IMG/VR virus record: IMGVR_UViG_3300030616_000016
Span: 167,648 to 231,647 of that record
DNA length: 64,000 nucleotides
Strand: one strand, 5' to 3'
Below the pieces are notes generated by a model that was given only the letters and a program-made list of their open reading frames with translations, was not told the origin of the DNA and did not search any database. Position numbers and translations under genes: made by a program. Below are positions 1-9,793 of the stretch, one piece after another (positions within the stretch are counted from its first letter, which is position 1; each line of letters begins with the position of its first letter).

Positions 1-1
1 G

Positions 2-814
2 ACTGAAGAAATCATTCGTTATTCTCAGTTTGACATTATGAACCTGCACATCCGTGCTTGCGGTCGTGCTCTTGCACGTCACAAAGAAACAAAGGTTGCT
101 AATCACATTCGTAGTCTCGGTGTGACATCCTTTGATAACTCGGACAATGCCTATCAGAACACAAGTGGTCGTGATACGGCAGGCGCAGCCAATGGTGCTT
201 TCACCCTTGACGACCTGCTAACAATGTACGGTCAGCTTGTAAACGCCGGCTTTGTTCCCAATACCCTTATCATGAATCCTCTCGCATGGCTGATCTTTGC
301 TAAAGATCCTGTTATGCGTCATATGTTCATGACAGGTAATGGTGGACAGTTCTTCCAGAACTTCCAGGGTGGCGTTGGTTATGTATCTGAGTTCGAGAAC
401 AAGTCTTTTGGTGCCGGCAATGTTGGCCATAGCGCAGGTCTTGGCAAAAACGTTGCTACAACATACACCAATGTTCCGACTCTGGTTGGTGTTCCTTTTA
501 ACATCGTTGTTAGCCCTGCAATTCCGTACAACACAAGCGATAATACGACAGATATTATTATGTGTGATCGGAATAACCTGGGTCTCATGATTGTTGACGA
601 AACAGTTCAGTCCGACCGTTGGAATGATCCGTCATTTGATATCATGAAGATCAAGTTCCGCGAAAGATACGCTATCGCGATTCTTAACCAGGGACAGGCA
701 GTCCGCGTTGCTAAGAATGTTAAGGTCACGAAACATTATGACCTTGAAAACATGCTTACATGGCAGGCTGGATCTGGCGAGCTGGCAGACCCTGGAACAA
801 CAGCTCTGTACTAA
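2..814 (+). CDS. Major capsid protein (HK97 fold), C-terminal part; gene starts upstream of the window
   Basis: The frame is open from base 2 (TEEIIRYSQFDIMNLHIRACGRALARHKE). It has MCP-type motifs PNTLIMNPLAW and KIKFRERYAIAILNQGQA, and is followed by a strong terminator and neck/tail genes. Confidence 0.88.
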   Translation, partial: TEEIIRYSQFDIMNLHIRACGRALARHKETKVANHIRSLGVTSFDNSDNAYQNTSGRDTAGAANGAFTLDDLLTMYGQLVNAGFVPNTLIMNPLAWLIFAKDPVMRHMFMTGNGGQFFQNFQGGVGYVSEFENKSFGAGNVGHSAGLGKNVATTYTNVPTLVGVPFNIVVSPAIPYNTSDNTTDIIMCDRNNLGLMIVDETVQSDRWNDPSFDIMKIKFRERYAIAILNQGQAVRVAKNVKVTKHYDLENMLTWQAGSGELADPGTTALY

Positions 815-835
815 TCATTTGATTGGTGCCTCAAT

Positions 836-871
836 AGCCCGCCCGCCAAACGGCGGGTGGGCTTTCTTTTT
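836..871 (+). terminator. Rho-independent terminator after the MCP
   Basis: Stem AGCCCGCCCGCC / GGCGGGTGGGCT (one G-U pair), loop AAAC, followed by TTCTTTTT. Confidence 0.9.
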
Positions 872-895
872 GTCAACAGATTGGAGCTATCTAAT

Positions 896-1321
896 ATGAA
901 CAGCAATGAAAATGAAATTCCGATTAGCGACATTGATCCAACGCCATATTTTCAACAAACTATGAATGTTTCAGATGTTCTCGCTTTACCTTTGGTTCAT
1001 TTTATAGATGCAGTGAATGATGGGAATTGGACAGACTTTGCATTGTCGAGATTAAAAGAAGAAGAGATTTCTAATCAGAATAGAGAAAGATACATTAATA
1101 TTATTAATGAAAGAATAAAAACCACTCAGTCAGATGAGGGTCCTACTGAGGCTTATGATGAAGCTTCTGATGAGCTTTTACTTAAGGATGGCAAGGCCTT
1201 TATAAAGAAAGACGGTGAATTGGTTCCGTATACTACTCCTGGTCTTCAAAAGAGAATGGAGAGCCTGGAAGAGGAACTGAACTGTGAAGAAAGAAAACGC
1301 AGAGCTATGGAGCTTCTATAA
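896..1321 (+). CDS. Hypothetical acidic protein (141 aa)
   Basis: ATG at 896 is preceded by GGAG at 883-886. The ORF-track start at 857 lies inside the terminator. The stop abuts the next gene. Confidence 0.7.
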   Translation: MNSNENEIPISDIDPTPYFQQTMNVSDVLALPLVHFIDAVNDGNWTDFALSRLKEEEISNQNRERYINIINERIKTTQSDEGPTEAYDEASDELLLKDGKAFIKKDGELVPYTTPGLQKRMESLEEELNCEERKRRAMELL

Positions 1322-2830
1322 ATGGATATAATAAGATCTGTACCCAGCAATGGTTCTAATGATGTTTCTCCTAACATAACTCTTTATGTATCATTAAGTA
1401 AGAACCTTGATTCTTCTACGGTTAACGCTGGTACGGTTCTGCTCACTAATCTTGATACCAATGAAGTTCTTAGGTCAGAAATAACACTTAATAAAAATAC
1501 TATCAGCATTCTTCCGTCCATTGTCATGGACGAATTTACATCATATCGTTTGGATCTTATAGGAGCGGATGCAGATTCTCCAGGTGGTTGTATAGTAGCT
1601 GCAGATTCTACATACTTGGATGAAACTCTTTCTATATCCTTCCAGACATCTGAATATGTAGCTTCAGCTCAGACTATTGTTCCAGAGACAACAACGTTTT
1701 CTGGCGGATCCACATCTGGATCTGGTTCAGAATCAAGTGGCTCTGGTTGTTCTTACGCACCAACTGCAACAACTCCTAACAACGACGCAGATGGTGATGG
1801 AGTCACAGATGGTTATCAGGTAGTAGAAGATGCCTCAAATGACATGACATACGCATATGAGAATGATCTTTATGTTGTGGATGCTACTCCTTGTGATGGT
1901 GCTTCTGATATTCTTCCTGAAGATGTTAATGCTGAATCATCTATTGTAATACAGTTTAGTAGACCAATAGATGAAGAGACTGTTGCGTCTGCTTTAACTA
2001 TTAAACAACATCCCATAGGCGGATTAAGGTTTGCAGGCACATCAGAAGAAGATATAGCGGAAAGAGCTGCTTCCACTTCCAATGACCTATTTTGCATTAC
2101 TAATAGGCGGGATTATATCAATCCATCATATGACATATCTGTTTCAAATGAGTATCTGACAATTGATTTGACAGACGATCCTGTTAGACTCAATTCTGAA
2201 GTCAATGTCACAATATCACGTAAGCTTCAGTCTACAGCCGGCGACTCTGGTAATCAGGTATTCTTAAAAGAAACTTCGCACATTGACTTTACGACTGTGT
2301 TATTCCCTCTGTATGTTGATGTTGAAGAAATTAGACTAGAGCTTGCCGAACTAAGCGTTACTGCAACAGATGAAATTATTAATAGGCTTGTTCTTGTTAA
2401 TAGTATTGCTGCATGGAATACAGCATGCCAGGGATTCGAATTCTGCAATCCACCTGGTGCTGCTATCGGCTATGCAAAAGCCAAAACGGCTCTTGACATA
2501 TTTGATATGTCGCAGACTCGTGGTATTATGAACCCAGGTATATCTAAGTCATTAGGTGATTTTAGTATATCCTACAAAGGCAATGCTAGATATAGGACTC
2601 CTAAAGAAGATGAACTTGCACAAGATGTTAAAGATGCAGCTAGCTGGCTTAAAAGGACTTACTGCACTAAACGAGCTAGCAGCACTGCCGTTAAAGGCAG
2701 AACAGCTGCTACAACACAAGGTGATTTTAGACGTAGAACATGGCGCAAGACTGGATGGACGCCCAATAGGGCAAATACTAAATCTGAGAGGCAATATAGA
2801 TTGCCAGGCTCAGGAGACTACTGGTCATAA
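1322..2830 (+). CDS. Ig-like (Big_5/SbsA-type) domain protein with C-terminal head-tail adaptor-like domain
   Basis: Two Ig-like repeats begin IIRSVPSNGSNDVSPNITLYVSLSKNLDSSTV and VVDATPCDGASDI...IVIQFSRPIDEETV. The C-terminal YVDVEEIRLEL...KSLGDFSISY is typical of neck adaptors. The gene follows the MCP. Confidence 0.65.
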   Translation: MDIIRSVPSNGSNDVSPNITLYVSLSKNLDSSTVNAGTVLLTNLDTNEVLRSEITLNKNTISILPSIVMDEFTSYRLDLIGADADSPGGCIVAADSTYLDETLSISFQTSEYVASAQTIVPETTTFSGGSTSGSGSESSGSGCSYAPTATTPNNDADGDGVTDGYQVVEDASNDMTYAYENDLYVVDATPCDGASDILPEDVNAESSIVIQFSRPIDEETVASALTIKQHPIGGLRFAGTSEEDIAERAASTSNDLFCITNRRDYINPSYDISVSNEYLTIDLTDDPVRLNSEVNVTISRKLQSTAGDSGNQVFLKETSHIDFTTVLFPLYVDVEEIRLELAELSVTATDEIINRLVLVNSIAAWNTACQGFEFCNPPGAAIGYAKAKTALDIFDMSQTRGIMNPGISKSLGDFSISYKGNARYRTPKEDELAQDVKDAASWLKRTYCTKRASSTAVKGRTAATTQGDFRRRTWRKTGWTPNRANTKSERQYRLPGSGDYWS

Positions 2831-2841
2831 GGAATATTAAT

Positions 2842-3198
2842 ATGAATGATGAAGTTAAGAAAATTGCAGAGCAAAAGCAGCCGGATATGGATATTTATTC
2901 TACACCTGATCTCAATCAGGCAGTTGTCTTAATGGAGAAAGGCCACGCGCTTTTTGACATAGACAAAAAGTCCATAAGACCAAGGAAGACAGCAAGAAAG
3001 GTCCAGAAGTATAAAATCGTATTCTTGTTTGAGAATACTGATAAGCTCAGAAAAGATATCTGCGCATATGTTTCTGGTAACTGTATGATAGACGCTCAGT
3101 CTTTGCTTGGAAGGTTAAGATCCACAAGAGCTATGGTCGAGTCGGCATCGTCCAGTATGATGTCCTTATCGGAGATGGATAATGCAGAAACCAATTGA
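2842..3198 (+). CDS. Small protein, DUF5659-like
   Basis: The pattern YSTPDLNQAVVLMEKGH...KIVFLFENTDKLRKDICAY resembles DUF5659. RBS AAGGA. Confidence 0.5.
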   Translation: MNDEVKKIAEQKQPDMDIYSTPDLNQAVVLMEKGHALFDIDKKSIRPRKTARKVQKYKIVFLFENTDKLRKDICAYVSGNCMIDAQSLLGRLRSTRAMVESASSSMMSLSEMDNAETN

Positions 3199-4234
3199 TG
3201 GATTTGTGCCGACTAGAGTTGGTCGGAAGAACTCTATCGACAATATTCATTTTATAGATACTCCTTTCTATCGCCCTTACTGGAGCCATATAGAAAAGAC
3301 TGGGCCTGCACCAAGAGCCAGAGCTCAAAGACAGGCTACAGTTGATGATTTTCTTGATTTTATTTATATTGGACTCAAGACTTATCAGGGTTATTGGGAA
3401 AGCCATGGTACAAATCCATACATGGTCTACTTTCCTTTTGCTTTATCTCTTGACAAAGGCGATAAAGTGTTTAATATTAAACAGAGATGCAATTATTCAA
3501 ACAGTGACAATATTGTTGCGTATACAATTAAGTCTCTGGTTAGAAGCGCAGGACAAAATGTTGTCTTACTTGATGGCAATGAAGCGCCCCATAAAGATGA
3601 CACTTTGATTCTAGATGAATCCTCGAATAAGATAGCCGACTTTCATGTTGGCTATCCTAATTCTGAGATCGGTCATCAGTATTTTACTGAAGACCAGCTA
3701 AGTGAGAATGCGGCGAATCCTTGGGTCGACACTATCACTTATAGAATCCTTAAAACAGAACCAGCTGGCGCTAGGGATCTGTTTCAAGGAAGACGCGAGT
3801 ATAAACCAAGGGTGATGGAAACTCAATATGAATCATTGCAGGGCAGAAATGTTGAGTATCGTGTCCAGTCATTCGATAGCAATATTCAATTCGATTGCTG
3901 GGCCGAGACTAATGAACGTGCCGAAAACCTCGCGAGTTGGTTCAGGTACTTCATGAATCTGTATATTCCTATCTTCCAGGAGAATGGCGTTATTCAATGC
4001 ATATTCCTTGGAAAGATGGAGGATATACATGTTACAAGATGGCGCGACGACATTATAGCAAGATCTCTTGTATATGGTGTCAGAACCCAAGAAGTAACAG
4101 CTTATGACGTTGGAGTGTTTCATTCACTAAGAGCTGGCTTTGATCTTGGTATTGATGGAAACCTCGAAACTATAAGCATTCTGAAAGACGATCTGCCTTC
4201 GCCATCTAATGAATTAAGTGGAGTAATAATATGA
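3182..4234 (+). CDS. Tail terminator / tail completion-like protein
   Basis: C-terminal FDSNIQFDCWAETNERAENLASWF...RSLVYGVRT fits the tail-terminator fold. The gene is immediately upstream of the sheath. Confidence 0.6.
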   Translation: MQKPIDGFVPTRVGRKNSIDNIHFIDTPFYRPYWSHIEKTGPAPRARAQRQATVDDFLDFIYIGLKTYQGYWESHGTNPYMVYFPFALSLDKGDKVFNIKQRCNYSNSDNIVAYTIKSLVRSAGQNVVLLDGNEAPHKDDTLILDESSNKIADFHVGYPNSEIGHQYFTEDQLSENAANPWVDTITYRILKTEPAGARDLFQGRREYKPRVMETQYESLQGRNVEYRVQSFDSNIQFDCWAETNERAENLASWFRYFMNLYIPIFQENGVIQCIFLGKMEDIHVTRWRDDIIARSLVYGVRTQEVTAYDVGVFHSLRAGFDLGIDGNLETISILKDDLPSPSNELSGVII

Positions 4235-4298
4235 ATATAACCGTGTTCTTAGTGACGCGTGAGTAAAACAACCCTCAAACATACTGGAGGCTAATAAT

Positions 4299-5648
4299 AT
4301 GGCTTTAGAAAATCTTCCAAGGGTTGACGTCACAGTTAATGATGGTGGACTAAGACTTTCAAGACCTATTGCAGGTCCGAAAGTTACTTTACTTGGTGTA
4401 ACAACATCAACCAATCTTGATCTTTTTGAACCTTACCTGGTTCCTGATATCGAGACTGGGTTTACTGCTGCGGCAGAATCTACTGGTCGTCCTTCAGAGC
4501 TTAGTAAAGCTCTTGAGGAAGCCTATGCTGGTGGAGCGCGCGCTGTAGAGCTTGTTAAGATTGCTGATACTTCTAACGAAGCATGCACTCTTGATCAACG
4601 TTATGCAGCTCTTGATAGCGCGTATGATGTTCTTGCTAATACGGAAGTTGACGTAGTTGTTCCGGTTAGTGCTTACATTGACAATCCAGCTGCAAGCGGT
4701 GATTTTGCTTATCAGCTAGCAGATTTCTGCTACAATACTACTGCTGTTAATCGTTCTGCAATTGGCGTTATCGATCATAGAAACGCTGCTCAAATTGCTA
4801 GCGATGAAGATGGTTCTGGTATTGATGTTGACCAAGGTACACCTACACTGACCCAGATTGAAACCTGGGTTTCTGCGCTCGAAAACTTTACGTATTGTTC
4901 GAGCTTTGATGGCGTTACCGACAGCAACAGTGATAACTTGCCTGACGCTTACAAGTACTGGGCTACGACAGATCATCTGCCAGCCCTTTCTGGTGCCGGC
5001 ACAGTTATCACAGATAACAGAAACAACCCGATTGACATCGGTGCTTATATTAGTGTGACAGCTATGAACGCACGCTATTATAACTCTTCTGCTCAATATC
5101 TATATCCATCAACGTCTTATTACAATGGAAATGGTGCTGCGTACTATGCAGGAAAGATTACATCTCTTGTACCACACAGTGCTACAACCAATAAGACGCT
5201 TGAGAATATTCTTGAGCAGAGAACTATGTCCTTAAGTCAGGTGAATAGAATTGTGGGAGCGAGATTCGTTACCACAGCTCTGAAACCTAAGGGCATTGTG
5301 GTAGCTAGAGGCATTACTGGCGCTTATAATATCTCTTCATATGCCAGATCAGACTTTGTTAATCTGACCACTGTACGTATAACTCATGAATCTATACGTG
5401 TAACCAGAGAGACAGCTGATCCGTTCCTTGGCGAACCAAACACAGCTACAAACAGAGCATCGCTTGAACAGGCTCTTGATGTTGCTTATGGTAAGCTACA
5501 GGAAAATGGCGCACTGCAGAGATATCAGTTCAGTCTGACAGCGACACCAAGCCAGCAGGTACTTGGTGAGGCCAGCCTTAGCTTAACTCTTGTTCCTGCA
5601 TTTGAACTGGTCAAGGTTACGACTGTAATCAGCCTTGCACCCGCATAA
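4299..5648 (+). CDS. Contractile tail sheath protein
   Basis: N-terminal LPRVDVTVNDG. C-terminal sheath domain LTTVRI...FLGEPN...LTLVPAFELVKVTTVISL. GGAGG RBS. Precedes the tube gene. Confidence 0.92.
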   Translation: MALENLPRVDVTVNDGGLRLSRPIAGPKVTLLGVTTSTNLDLFEPYLVPDIETGFTAAAESTGRPSELSKALEEAYAGGARAVELVKIADTSNEACTLDQRYAALDSAYDVLANTEVDVVVPVSAYIDNPAASGDFAYQLADFCYNTTAVNRSAIGVIDHRNAAQIASDEDGSGIDVDQGTPTLTQIETWVSALENFTYCSSFDGVTDSNSDNLPDAYKYWATTDHLPALSGAGTVITDNRNNPIDIGAYISVTAMNARYYNSSAQYLYPSTSYYNGNGAAYYAGKITSLVPHSATTNKTLENILEQRTMSLSQVNRIVGARFVTTALKPKGIVVARGITGAYNISSYARSDFVNLTTVRITHESIRVTRETADPFLGEPNTATNRASLEQALDVAYGKLQENGALQRYQFSLTATPSQQVLGEASLSLTLVPAFELVKVTTVISLAPA

Positions 5649-5667
5649 TTCATAGGAGGTAATCAAT

Positions 5668-6360
5668 ATGCCACTTACAGAAGGCAACCTTCCTCGTGAA
5701 AACAGCATCTACACCAGAAGCTATAACAGTTTTGGTGGAGTTGATATGCTGGTAACGTTTGCGGGAAAGGTAATCGGCGAATTACAGGGTATTTCATACT
5801 CTGTAACCAGAGAAAAGGCTCCTCTTTATACTATGGGTAGTGCGGATCCTAGAAGTTTTAGTCGTGGCAAGCGTGGTATTGCTGGCTCACTGATCTTCTT
5901 AGTATTTGACCGCGATGCTCTACAGTGGGGTCTTCGTGAGTCTGGTAAGTTCTTGGCCAATAGATGGGAAGTACAGCAGGCTCAGAGCCTTGCTACTGGT
6001 GAAGGATATTCCTTCTCCAATACAGGCACAGTTGCTGCTGGTCTGAATACCACAAATGATCTGGAATCTGGTCTGTACGACAAGGTTCCGTCAAGAGCAT
6101 GGTATGCTGACCAGGTACCGCCATTTGACATTGTCATCTTGGCGGCCAACGAATATGGTCATCTGGCAAGAATGGAAATCCGTGGTGTTGAAGTTCTTAA
6201 CTCCGGTTCCGGAATGTCAATTGACGATATTACAACTGATCAGAGTTGTACTTTCGTGGCCAGGTCTATCGTTCCTTGGTTTGGTCAGAAGTATGTTAAC
6301 CCAGCCACAGGACAGGTGTCTGAATCTCAGGGTGCAAACCCGAGTTCATTCTCCAATTAA
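5668..6360 (+). CDS. Tail tube protein
   Basis: Motifs SFGGVDM...IGELQGISYSVTREKAPLYTMGSADPRSFSRGKRGIAGSLIF and DQVPPFDIVILAANEYG. AGGAGG RBS. Follows the sheath and precedes a terminator. Confidence 0.88.
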   Translation: MPLTEGNLPRENSIYTRSYNSFGGVDMLVTFAGKVIGELQGISYSVTREKAPLYTMGSADPRSFSRGKRGIAGSLIFLVFDRDALQWGLRESGKFLANRWEVQQAQSLATGEGYSFSNTGTVAAGLNTTNDLESGLYDKVPSRAWYADQVPPFDIVILAANEYGHLARMEIRGVEVLNSGSGMSIDDITTDQSCTFVARSIVPWFGQKYVNPATGQVSESQGANPSSFSN

Positions 6361-6370
6361 GATGTATCCT

Positions 6371-6407
6371 TCCATCCGTGGCATATAGCCACGGATGGAT
6401 CCTTTTA
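6371..6407 (+). terminator. Likely Rho-independent terminator after the tail tube gene
   Basis: Perfect 12-bp stem TCCATCCGTGGC / GCCACGGATGGA, loop ATATA, then TCCTTTTA (short U tract). Confidence 0.75.
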
Positions 6408-6422
6408 TCATGAGTATTGAAT

Positions 6423-7400
6423 ATGGCAAACATAGCTGACTGGATAGCATATAGCGGAAGACCTGGAATAACAGCAGATAGCCAAAGAGCTATAAATCAA
6501 GCTCTTGCAACAGGCAACAATACCCAGTTAAATACCGTCCAAAAGACATTCCTAAGTCCATCTGAATTCTGGGCTGGTTCCGACCACTATAAAATCAACA
6601 CAGAATATAGGCCTGATTGGGCATTGCGCGCAGCAGAAATAAACAATGTTCAAAGGTCAGATACAGTGTCATTTAGTGGGTCAGATATTACCGGTGTCAT
6701 ATGGTTTCCTATATTTGGTCAAGGCGCCGGCTTTGAAATACAAACATTACAGACAGTAACCGTAAATACTTTTAGAGATCTTATTCCTGGCAGAACGCTT
6801 GGGAGAGCTTCTGCTTCTGGCTACGCCAGAGGAACACGTACATGTGCAGGTTCTTTGGTTATGATTATGGCTGAACAAGAACCCTTTGTGCAGTTTGCCC
6901 CAGTTATTGAAGCCAATAGAAATAGTACTGATGCAGGCGACAACCCGATACTGATAGATAGAATTCCTCCATTCTATCTTATCCTGAATGCTACCTCTGA
7001 AGTTCCTCAGGCTTACAACAATAACGGAACTCAAAAAGTTCAGTCAGACGGATCCTATACTGCTCATAGCGGTATCACAGTGCTCAAGAATGTTCACTTT
7101 GTGAGTACCGGCACAACTTACAGCGTCAACGATTTATACACAGAAACAATGTATCAGTTTGTATGTGAAGATGTGATGCCTTTTGCTACTAAAGACGTTG
7201 TTGGTGTTTTGAGAAAGCTTAAGACTAGATTAAACAGCCAGCGCGACAATAATCCAAAAGCATCTCAGAAGGCTAGAGAGGCAATGATTAAACTGCAGGG
7301 CAAAGACAAGATTGATCCTTATTATGAAATAGAAACCTTTTTGACGAGAAATACTGGTGGCCGTGGAGAATTTACTTCTGACGCCGCTAGAGGGTTATAA
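6423..7400 (+). CDS. Tail tube paralog / tube initiator (T4 gp48/gp54-like role)
   Basis: Aligns by eye with the tube: SFSGSDI...LQTVTVNTFRD...GYARGTRTCAGSL...DRIPPF...VHFVSTGTTYSVNDLYTE. ATG at 6423 chosen over TTG at 6417. Confidence 0.75.
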   Translation: MANIADWIAYSGRPGITADSQRAINQALATGNNTQLNTVQKTFLSPSEFWAGSDHYKINTEYRPDWALRAAEINNVQRSDTVSFSGSDITGVIWFPIFGQGAGFEIQTLQTVTVNTFRDLIPGRTLGRASASGYARGTRTCAGSLVMIMAEQEPFVQFAPVIEANRNSTDAGDNPILIDRIPPFYLILNATSEVPQAYNNNGTQKVQSDGSYTAHSGITVLKNVHFVSTGTTYSVNDLYTETMYQFVCEDVMPFATKDVVGVLRKLKTRLNSQRDNNPKASQKAREAMIKLQGKDKIDPYYEIETFLTRNTGGRGEFTSDAARGL

Positions 7401-7402
7401 AT

Positions 7403-8269
7403 ATGTCTCAATATTTTTGTGGTCCTAATTGTAAAGTTATTATGAGCGTTCCTGGTCGCAATGCCAGTTCAATTGAGCTCGACAACGCTTATTCCATAGA
7501 CTACAATAATCAATCAGACAAGCATCCTTTATACGGGTTTAGAGACACAGAATTCTCCGGCATAGCTCTCGGTCGAACCATAGTTACTGGCATGCTAGTT
7601 CTCAATAGAGAATTTAAGAACGAGCTCAGCATTGCTATTAAAGGCGATCTTGGTGCTAATGAAAGACCAGAATCAAGACCTTATGGTAATTATGTTTGGT
7701 TAACTGGGCTTTCCACCGAGCTGCAAAAGGCAAAAGATTTATTGCTCGATCTAAGTTCTACTAATGAGGAAATTAAAAATGAGATAGTGAGTCTTTCTTA
7801 TGCAGCTAAAGAGTTTGGTGTCAATATCAATTTTGCAGATTTCAAATCTATCCTCGCAAGACAACAGCTGGACGAGTTGATAAAAGATATTGAATCTCGC
7901 GATTTAGATGATACAATTAATAATAATACCAATCAGACCGTTAGAGTTATTTCAGAGAAATTAAGGAAAGGATCCTATGGCTTTACTGAAGCCCTTAAGA
8001 ATAAATACTGGAGAAAAGAATCCGACGTAAATAATACTCAAAGGCTAACAAGACCTTCTTCTGAAGATGTTTTTGAATATCTTAGAAAGCATGGTTATGA
8101 TGCTAATCTTGAAATACACTTTGGAGAAGATCAAGAACAATCAAATTATGCTGATCATAAAGAAGTTATTAAAGGCGTTTACTTTACTGGAGACAGAGGC
8201 CAGGCCAACATAGACTCCAGAGAGATAAACAAAGTATATTATTCATTTATTGCTAGAAGCATTGTATAG
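7403..8269 (+). CDS. Second tail tube paralog / baseplate tube initiator
   Basis: YFCGPNCKV...SIDYNNQSDKHPLYGF...IALGRTIVTGMLVLN and the C-terminal IKGVYFTG...YSFIARSI match the tube fold pattern. Confidence 0.7.
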   Translation: MSQYFCGPNCKVIMSVPGRNASSIELDNAYSIDYNNQSDKHPLYGFRDTEFSGIALGRTIVTGMLVLNREFKNELSIAIKGDLGANERPESRPYGNYVWLTGLSTELQKAKDLLLDLSSTNEEIKNEIVSLSYAAKEFGVNINFADFKSILARQQLDELIKDIESRDLDDTINNNTNQTVRVISEKLRKGSYGFTEALKNKYWRKESDVNNTQRLTRPSSEDVFEYLRKHGYDANLEIHFGEDQEQSNYADHKEVIKGVYFTGDRGQANIDSREINKVYYSFIARSIV

Positions 8270-8281
8270 GAGGTGATTAAC

Positions 8282-8401
8282 ATGCCAGGTGGTGATGGAA
8301 GAGGCCCAAGACAAGGCTCATACCAGAGATCTAAAACAGGCAGCAAGGGCAAACGACAGCTTGCTGGACAGAGATGCCCTATGAAGAGCAAGAAGAAGTA
8401 A
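8282..8401 (+). CDS. 39-aa basic Gly/Arg/Lys-rich peptide, DUF5320-like N-terminus (absent from the ORF track)
   Basis: Translated by hand: MPGGDGRGPRQGSYQRSKTGSKGKRQLAGQRCPMKSKKK*. A strong GGAGGTG RBS lies just upstream. The ORF fills the intergenic gap. Confidence 0.7.
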   Translation: MPGGDGRGPRQGSYQRSKTGSKGKRQLAGQRCPMKSKKK

Positions 8402-8455
8402 CACAAATATTAATATCCAAATTAAGATGAACAATTATTATTAAGGAGCATCAAG

Positions 8456-9019
8456 ATGGCAGAAAAGCAAGTAGATAAAATTCCAGGTGAAATGCCTCCA
8501 GTCGAAATGCCTGTTCCGGAAGGAACACAGCAGCTTGCAGAAGATGAAGGCACAGGTCTTCCCAAAGGATTTGGCACCCCAGGTGCATCTGGCGCCCCAG
8601 GGGTACATCGGCCAGAACCATCTCTAAACCCAGAAGAAAAACCAGTAGACACACCTGATGTCAGTCGCGGAGATATTCCAGCCGAGATTCTTGGTCTTGA
8701 GCAATTTCTTCCAGCCGGGCTTACTGTAGAAATGGTTTGGCAATATAAACAGCAGTATGGAAATGTTTATATTGTTGAGGTCTGTGATCAGATCTATCTA
8801 TATCGTGCAATGGCCAAGCCTGAATACAAGAGCATCATGCAGATGGAAGGCGCTACAAGAGAAATGCAGGAAGAAAAGATTGCTGAGAAATGCGTTCTCT
8901 TCCCTGCGCTTGGTATTGAAGGCCTTAGAGTTGGACTGGCTGGTTTGGCATCGACTCTCACAGAGTATATTATGAGAGCCAGTGGATTTGGAGCGATGTC
9001 CACACCAACAAAATTATAG
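8456..9019 (+). CDS. Tail assembly chaperone
   Basis: YKQQYGNVYIVEV...YLYRAMAKPEYK...EKIAEKCVLFP...GLASTLTEYIMRASGF, with a disordered Pro-rich N-terminus. Lies between the tube and tape-measure genes. Confidence 0.72.
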   Translation: MAEKQVDKIPGEMPPVEMPVPEGTQQLAEDEGTGLPKGFGTPGASGAPGVHRPEPSLNPEEKPVDTPDVSRGDIPAEILGLEQFLPAGLTVEMVWQYKQQYGNVYIVEVCDQIYLYRAMAKPEYKSIMQMEGATREMQEEKIAEKCVLFPALGIEGLRVGLAGLASTLTEYIMRASGFGAMSTPTKL

Positions 9020-9028
9020 AGGATATAA

Positions 9029-9793
9029 ATGGGAGAATTATGCGAGGCCTATCTAGGTCCAGAATATCTTCCAGGTCCTCTTATATCGGGTGAATATTTA
9101 AAAGGTGAGGTGGCAGAAGATCCAATTTTGTCACCTCATCTTGCACCTTATATCGCCGCTCTATTAAAGAAGTACGACGATATATTTCATGTTAAGTATA
9201 ATGATCAGGATTTTATAATCCGGCCATTGACTTCAAATGAATATAAGATACTGTGTAAGCTTAGGTTATACTTCGATCCTCAATTAGGGTTCGAAAAGAC
9301 AAGGCCTAGGTTTAGTGTTGTAAGCCTAGAAGATATATTTATAGACTGTATTCTTTATCCTGAGAATGTACTTGATATGGATTTAGATGCATATGTTGTT
9401 GATATGCTTATAGAGACTGCAATACAATATTCGGGATGGGATTCACAGGAGGATATATTTGTAACAAAAGCTCAAATGCAAGCTCATGTAACATCAGATC
9501 TATTAGAGGGCATGTTTACATTTATTAGACGAGCACACCCAGGTCTTGGTGATCGCGATCTTGAAAACAAGAATATTATTGATATAATGAAGTTAATAGC
9601 AAGTGCTGAATTGATATTGGATAAGCCATTCGAGATAGTCACCAAAGATGATAAATCAGATGCTTCTAAAATATCAACCGAAGTTATGATCAAAGAAGAC
9701 TTGGCAGGTCTTAATAAGCTTAATATGCAAGGCTTAAATAAGCCGGAGCTAGAATATGCCCGTAACGCCCAGAGAAGAACAGGAAAGAAGTAG
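9029..9793 (+). CDS. Second tail assembly chaperone (paralog of the upstream gene)
   Basis: LKKYDDIFHV...FIIRPLTSNEYK...DCILYP...LIETAIQYSGW parallels the previous protein. It has its own AGAGGA RBS. Confidence 0.68.
   Translation: MGELCEAYLGPEYLPGPLISGEYLKGEVAEDPILSPHLAPYIAALLKKYDDIFHVKYNDQDFIIRPLTSNEYKILCKLRLYFDPQLGFEKTRPRFSVVSLEDIFIDCILYPENVLDMDLDAYVVDMLIETAIQYSGWDSQEDIFVTKAQMQAHVTSDLLEGMFTFIRRAHPGLGDRDLENKNIIDIMKLIASAELILDKPFEIVTKDDKSDASKISTEVMIKEDLAGLNKLNMQGLNKPELEYARNAQRRTGKK

Noticed and set aside
857-895. GTG start at 857 for the gene after the MCP
   Set aside because: It lies within the terminator stem. ATG at 896 has a GGAG RBS.
8990-9030. Programmed -1 frameshift between the chaperone genes
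   Set aside because: No slippery heptamer is present, and the second gene has its own RBS and a complete paralogous domain.
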